A stretch of DNA of 64,000 nucleotides from Verrucomicrobiia bacterium (GTDB lineage: Bacteria > Verrucomicrobiota > Verrucomicrobiia > Limisphaerales > UBA1319). The notes under the pieces were generated by a model. It did not search any database. It saw only the letters and a list, made by a program, of their open reading frames with translations, and was not told the origin of the DNA. The DNA lies in contig OY760937.1 of the NCBI GenBank assembly GCA_963664225.1, positions 5,440,001 to 5,504,000 on the forward strand, written 5' to 3'. Positions within the stretch are counted from its first letter, which is position 1. Every line of letters starts with the position of its first letter. Positions 61,801 through 64,000 of the stretch are shown here, in pieces. The position numbers were made by a program, and so were the translations under genes.

Positions 61801-62286
61801 CAAACCGGGTCCATCGGGTCGGTTATCAGCTTTAAGACGGTAGCGCACGACGGCGATTTGCCGCCGCAAATCCTGACGTACTCATTGGGTGCAGGAGTGC
61901 CTGCAGGAGCCTCGATTGAATCATTGACTGGGAATTTCACCTGGACTCCGACATCGGCGGGAACGAACAGCATCGAAGTTCGTGCAACGGATAACGGCAG
62001 TCCTCAAATGGCTGCCACTCAGACCTTTCTGATCATAGTCAAAGGCACCGCAAAGGCGCCCAAGATTACAAAAATCACCGCGACGCAGACCGGGCTGATC
62101 ACTGTGTATTGGGATGCGGCAGTTGGGATTTCGTATCAGCTCCAATACAAGCCGCATGCGAATGACGCATTGTGGGAAAATGCCGGCGCACCCGTTAACG
62201 CAACGAGCGCACAGGCAGTGGCCACGGACACAAAAACCGGAGGGGTGCAGGGGTACTACCGGGTTTTGGTTGTCGGCCAACCGTAG
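52816..62286 (+). CDS. Giant secreted protein: 2 ConA-like domains, Ig/Big domains, PA14, 6 lamin-tail domains, 2 CBM4/9-like domains, CotH kinase, 3 cadherin-like repeats, C-terminal beta domain
   Basis: 3156 aa with a signal peptide; GSGSDIW twice; SSDD (PA14); six (V/L)INE-type starts; GNWDSFG..N..NMY.Y..WDFN (CotH); A.D.D.PAQ.L.YSL three times. Confidence 0.88.
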   Translation: MISAKNIRVICWTALVFLVAWLSPSGSVGAQTLPFWMDRDIGGVNIAGSATYSSGVYTVKGSGSDIWDITDAFHFVYYPMNGDGEMVLHVLSQDSTDSWAKVGPMIRETLDAGSKHAIMCVTPGNGTSFQRRRETGQASDYSGSGDGITAPYYLKLTREGTTFTGYKSVDGVDWVMVGSDVIVMQSAVYVGFAVTSHNNNMLCTSTLEIPQTPPSILLNPQSQTVSDGGATYFNVKATGAMPLFYQWRRNGANLTSATNLNLTLDPTTVTMAGNYSVVITNAVGRATSSDALLTVTVDSVPPTLLAVTNTAATNVVITFSEAVEAASGTNAANYSLNNGAAILGARFGTNQQTILLQTTVLTVGGSYTLTVNNVRDRSSSGNLIAANSQKSFVVADTMVFGLWREVYLNAADGAGTLSSLTNNPVFPDSPSTSELWTNSFEAPSNTGINSYGQRLRGYIVPPVSGNYVFWISSDDNGTLFVSTDDTPANKRVVAWVASWTGSREWTREANQQSLPITLEAGKVYYTEALMAQGGGGDNLAVRWQLPNATIEEPMPANRLIPWGTVFGPPAIRTQPANTNAVEGGAAVFSIALSSIGPVSYQWQRNGANISGANQINYTNDPVSLGDNGATFRCVVSNTKGSTNSLEATLTVSPDVTRPTLVSAYSQGNRGVLVTFSERVDVTSASQALNYGINNGISVTQATPDSSGRVVLLMTGPMTYGTSYVLTVNGVKDRATTPNTILSGSQIAFTALELTPQNVGNPAQPFQISVVAGGINVTGGGSDIGGASDQFNFNYQVKSGDFDVKVRIGALGLSDSWAKAGLMARETLDGQSRFAAAIATPSISGCFFEQRQNPGGAGESSGTFPVNYPNTWLRLQRSGNQFTGYASYDGQLWTVLNLVTLSMPTQIYVGLALSSHDPAASTMAQFRDYGSVTGGVVGSASSPFEPLGPSSRKTGLVISEIMYKPAPRADGKVLEYLELFNSNPYPEDISGYRISGSVDFEFPAKTTLPGGGFLVVARSPIDIQSVYALTNVMGPYTNTLKNSGTLRLRNKRDAIFLEINYASKPPWPVAADGTGHSLVLARPSYGEDNPQAWDISDVVGGSPGSVKTYRPGPQRSVLINEILARPAVPGAGFVELYNHSNQPVDLSGCILTDDPITNKYVMSSGTSIPARGFLSFTEAQLGFAFNGGGGTLFFRNASLDRVLDSLRYEAQGLGSAFGRYPNGASEWYPLTVATPGASNPAIRIQDIVINEIMFNPISGNDDDQYVELYNQGSTAVDLSGWKLTAGISFTFPTSFTIATKGYAVVSCNTSNLFAKYPNLNAGNTVGNFSGKLSHGGERLVLTMPDTIVSTNALGVAKTNAVDIAIDEVTYCSGGRWGQWAGGGGSSMELRDPRSNRRLAQNWADSDESGKSTWSTVEVTGLLDNGNGAADNLQITMLGEGECLVDNVEVLKQGTVANLVVNPTFEAGLANWTMQGDHVRSSLENSGYAGSRSLHIRASARGDTGANRIRADLTGPLLEGQTATLRAHVRWLKGWPEIILRLHGNYLEAYGKLNVPTNLGTPGAANSRSVANAGPAIYEVTHGPVVPVAGEAVVVTARAQDPDGLSAMRLNYRIDPSASYTTVNMVDDGTGGDAVAGDGLFSATIPGQAANQLVAFYVEATDKATAGSRFPADAPTRECLVMFGDPVPTTSFGIYRYWLTRANVNTWSARENLSNELIDCTFVYGNSRAVYNVGGRYSGSPYHQGFDSPVGSLCHYSFDLPTDDQALGTTSFNKIHAPGNGPFDDLTLQREQTAYRMARQLDLPWNYKRYVVCYVNGNRRGTLMEDTQVPNGDIVNEYFSNDPNGQLYKIQPWFEFDDVTSGAMGFVNVSWCTLNNYTTTGGVKKLARYRYNYLTRAANQTANNYTNVYNLIDAANVPAGAAFMKSMEAQADMPLWMRTFAVNHAVGNWDSFGFQNAQNMYAYKPLNGLWSLMIWDFNIVLGNSNSYGPTGDDLFAYNGADGPMGVIYSTPKFRRLYWQALEDIARGPMDVAQMGPLMDACYAAFSENGISVASPAAIKSWMTARQTYLQQQLATVASDFAIASNNGNNFSTNNSLLTLSGRAPMSVRVIKVNGVEYSITWNTVTGWTMNLPLSAGANTLLVQGFDAQGALVANASKTISVTYTGASESPIGHVIINEIMYHPAVTDAEFIEIFNTSASSVFDLSRWRLDGAGFVFPDGTLIRPQGFVVVPKNQLAFAAAYGTAIPLTGQFGGNLKNGGETLRLVIPGATPDLDVIVDTVEYHNTPPWPAAADGEGSSLQLIDPNQDNKRVGNWTATPQWQFVQVTGTATSSLLYVYLTNAGDVYIDDLKLVAGAVAEAGTNLINNGDFESSLSGPWTLSSNVGTSVLTSVTTHSGTNALHLIASTAGSSKADSLWQDTLPLTNGAQYTLSFWYHPGTNVGGLVMRLSNSSSTTGLYAAVGVKPAGISSYTPGAANSVKGTLPVFPSLYLNEVEPENLSGPTDQNGEKDPWLELFNPGTNTLSLAGYYLADNYTNLTQWAFPADAQIGPGQYLLVWLDGQPGQSTSAELHTSFRIVPVKGAVAMSRMQSGQPVVFDYVNYKNVVAGRTYGLYPNGTPGNHEAFYYPTLGAANNFTYPQVNLVINEWMAGNTHTLFDSTNEPWADWFEIYNGGDTAVDLTGYGLSDTATDTTKFVIPMGSAIQPHSFLLVWADNDTSLNTNASPDLHANFRLGIHGEYIGLFAPNHQIVDQVSFGEQTNDVSQGRWPDGNTNSMYYMATPTPRGANIIANVPVNTAPVLGAIADRTINEGEICLFTITATDPDQPAQSLVYALEAGAPEGATINASSGEFSWTPTEAQGPSTNLITVMVTDNGYPAKSDAKTFTITVKEVNTPPTLGSLGDLTVNEGQLINFYVTASDLDIPAQMLTFSLDAGAPGGAGINPTTGEFTWTPNEAQGPGIYPITVRITDNGIPIQSNSKLFTIQVNEVNQAPVLEAIANQTGSIGSVISFKTVAHDGDLPPQILTYSLGAGVPAGASIESLTGNFTWTPTSAGTNSIEVRATDNGSPQMAATQTFLIIVKGTAKAPKITKITATQTGLITVYWDAAVGISYQLQYKPHANDALWENAGAPVNATSAQAVATDTKTGGVQGYYRVLVVGQP

Positions 62287-62365
62287 AGAAAGACATTCAT
62301 GCGAATGGGATGCATTTGGGTTTGGCAAGCCGCCGTTCGGAGCTATTCCGGGGTGGCTTTGCCGC

Positions 62366-62393
62366 TTGCCAACATGGCGAGTCACCTTACAGT
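62366..62393 (+). promoter_or_regulatory. Sigma-70 promoter predicting a leaderless mRNA
   Basis: TTGCCA-N16-TACAGT followed by 7 nt and then ATG 62401. Confidence 0.5.
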
Positions 62394-62400
62394 GGTGCCG

Positions 62401-63333
62401 ATGAGACATTTCTATTTATTGTTGTGCGCGAGTCTCGCGATGGCCTTCTCCTGCCATGCCCAGGTGCAGGTGGAGTTGGAATTGGAAAAGCAGCAGTATC
62501 TTTCGAAGGAAGACCTCGTAGTGGGGGTCAAAATCACCAATCTATCAGGACAGACGCTGCATTTGGGGGAAGATGACGATTGGCTCAGTTTTCTTGTCGA
62601 TGACGAGCAAACCGGTCGCCCAGCGCCCCGGGAATCCGATGTTCCGGTAAAGAAACCTTTTGCGCTTGAATCATCGAAGGTTGGCACCCGGTATGTAAAT
62701 ATCGCCCCCTATTATCAATTGCAGCCTCAAGGGCGCTACAAAATCACCGCGATCGTAAAACTTAAGGAGTGGAGCGAACGTCTGGAAAGTCCAGGCAAAA
62801 CGATTGAGATCATCAAAGGATCGACATTGTGGACAACCACTTACGGAGTGCCACCGAAAGCCGGTCAGCAAGGAGCCGCGCCGGATATGCGCAAGTATCT
62901 CCTTCAGAAAGTGGTCACTTTGAAACAAATGCAGCTTTACGTGAGCATCACAGATGCAGAATCGGATTTGTCTTACAAAGTTCTCATGCTGGGGCCCATG
63001 GTTTCCTTCAGTCGTCCAGAAGCCCAGTTGGATAAACTGAGTAATTTACATGTCTTATGCCAATCCGGCTCCAAGTGGTTTTTTTATGCGGTGGTGAGTC
63101 CGGAAGGGAATCTGGCATTACGGCAAACTTATTATATGGGGAATTCCCGCCCTTTACTGAAGTCGGATGGAGAGGGTGGCATTCGCGTTTCAGGGGGGAA
63201 TTATCAGCCTGCCTCGTCGGATTATCCCGCACCTACGAATGCGGTGCCTGTGTACACGCTTCCATCGATCGGATCCACCAATACGGCTGCGGTGAAACCC
63301 GGAACGAAGGGGAGCAAGGGTTCCAAAAAGTAA
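62401..63333 (+). CDS. Secreted hypothetical protein (beta-rich, Ig-like N-terminal domain)
   Basis: Signal peptide MRHFYLLLCASLAMAFSCHA-Q from ATG 62401; no family recognised. Confidence 0.75.
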   Translation: MRHFYLLLCASLAMAFSCHAQVQVELELEKQQYLSKEDLVVGVKITNLSGQTLHLGEDDDWLSFLVDDEQTGRPAPRESDVPVKKPFALESSKVGTRYVNIAPYYQLQPQGRYKITAIVKLKEWSERLESPGKTIEIIKGSTLWTTTYGVPPKAGQQGAAPDMRKYLLQKVVTLKQMQLYVSITDAESDLSYKVLMLGPMVSFSRPEAQLDKLSNLHVLCQSGSKWFFYAVVSPEGNLALRQTYYMGNSRPLLKSDGEGGIRVSGGNYQPASSDYPAPTNAVPVYTLPSIGSTNTAAVKPGTKGSKGSKK

Positions 63334-63450
63334 GATGAAGATTCCAGGGAATCCGCCATTCGTCCGGACATGACAAATGGTTTGACTGTCGGAGCGTCGG
63401 CATGTTCGATGCGAGTATAACAGACAGCGCACCAACGCAATTAATTCATT

Positions 63451-64000
63451 ATGAACCAGGCGCAACCGATCCGCATCATTAACAGCGTGGCTCCCATTCG
63501 CATTTGCGACAACGGGGGTTGGACGGATACCTGGTTTGCCGGCCACGGCAAGATTTTTAACCTGGGCGTTTATCCCTATGCAGAGGTGCAGATTGAGGTG
63601 GTTCCATCGCATGGCCAAAAGGAGCGGATCACGATTCACGCTGAAAATTACGGCCAACGCTACACGCGGAATCCAGAAAAAAACGGATGGGATCGGCATC
63701 CCCTTTTGGAGGCAGCGATCGATTACATGAAGGTGCCGAAAAGCCTGGCATTTCAAGTGACGATTTATTCGGAGGCTCCGGCTGGCGCGGGGACCGGCAC
63801 ATCAGCGGCAGTCACGGTGGCATTAATCGGCGCGCTCGATCGGCTGACCCCGGGACGGCTGACACCCCATGAAGTCGCCTATGCAGCCCAATCGGTCGAG
63901 GTCGATTTGCTGCACCAACAATGCGGGATTCAAGACCAGCTCTGCTGCGCCTATGGGGGAATCAACTATATCGAAATGCATCGTTATCCCCACGCGTCTG
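63451..64000 (+). CDS. GHMP kinase, HddA-like sugar kinase; truncated by window edge
   Basis: Absent from the ORF track. Translation gives MNQAQPIRIINSVAPIRICDNGGWTDT, EAPAGAGTGTSAA and G.QDQ....YGGIN. Confidence 0.85.
   Translation, partial: MNQAQPIRIINSVAPIRICDNGGWTDTWFAGHGKIFNLGVYPYAEVQIEVVPSHGQKERITIHAENYGQRYTRNPEKNGWDRHPLLEAAIDYMKVPKSLAFQVTIYSEAPAGAGTGTSAAVTVALIGALDRLTPGRLTPHEVAYAAQSVEVDLLHQQCGIQDQLCCAYGGINYIEMHRYPHAS

Overview
Gene-dense chromosomal window, most likely from a Verrucomicrobiota bacterium of the Pedosphaera/Limisphaera type. This is inferred from the H-X9-DG pilin-like gene, the giant LTD/CotH protein and the PrsK/PrsR/PrsT-like genes. From left to right: (1) an exopolysaccharide-export and PEP-CTERM-type regulatory operon on the minus strand (Wzc-Wza fusion, second OPX lipoprotein, prsK, prsR), preceded by a consensus sigma-54 promoter and two TGTAA-N7-TTACA boxes; (2) sugar-acid metabolism genes (AEC transporter, mannonate-oxidoreductase-like SDR, LarA-family epimerase), a GH78 rhamnosidase and a degenerate GH140-like protein; (3) ruvCA, a MidA-type methyltransferase, a pilT/pilU-like pair, a large TPR lipoprotein, tRNA-Val(CAC), a GH20-like hydrolase and a pilin-like gene; (4) housekeeping genes (GT4, yjbQ, rnd, hisS, HU, gcvHT, rfaE2, RNase P RNA) and a moxR/bat cluster; (5) a luciferase-less luxE-MFS-luxC-queD operon; (6) a 3156-aa secreted CotH-kinase/lamin-tail/carbohydrate-binding protein and a GHMP kinase cut by the window edge. 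No mobile element or CRISPR array was seen. The best candidates for undescribed biology are the luxE-MFS-luxC-queD operon, the Wzc-Wza polyprotein with an internal signal peptide, and a 32-aa basic ORF missed by the ORF track. All family calls come from motif recognition by eye; no database search was run.
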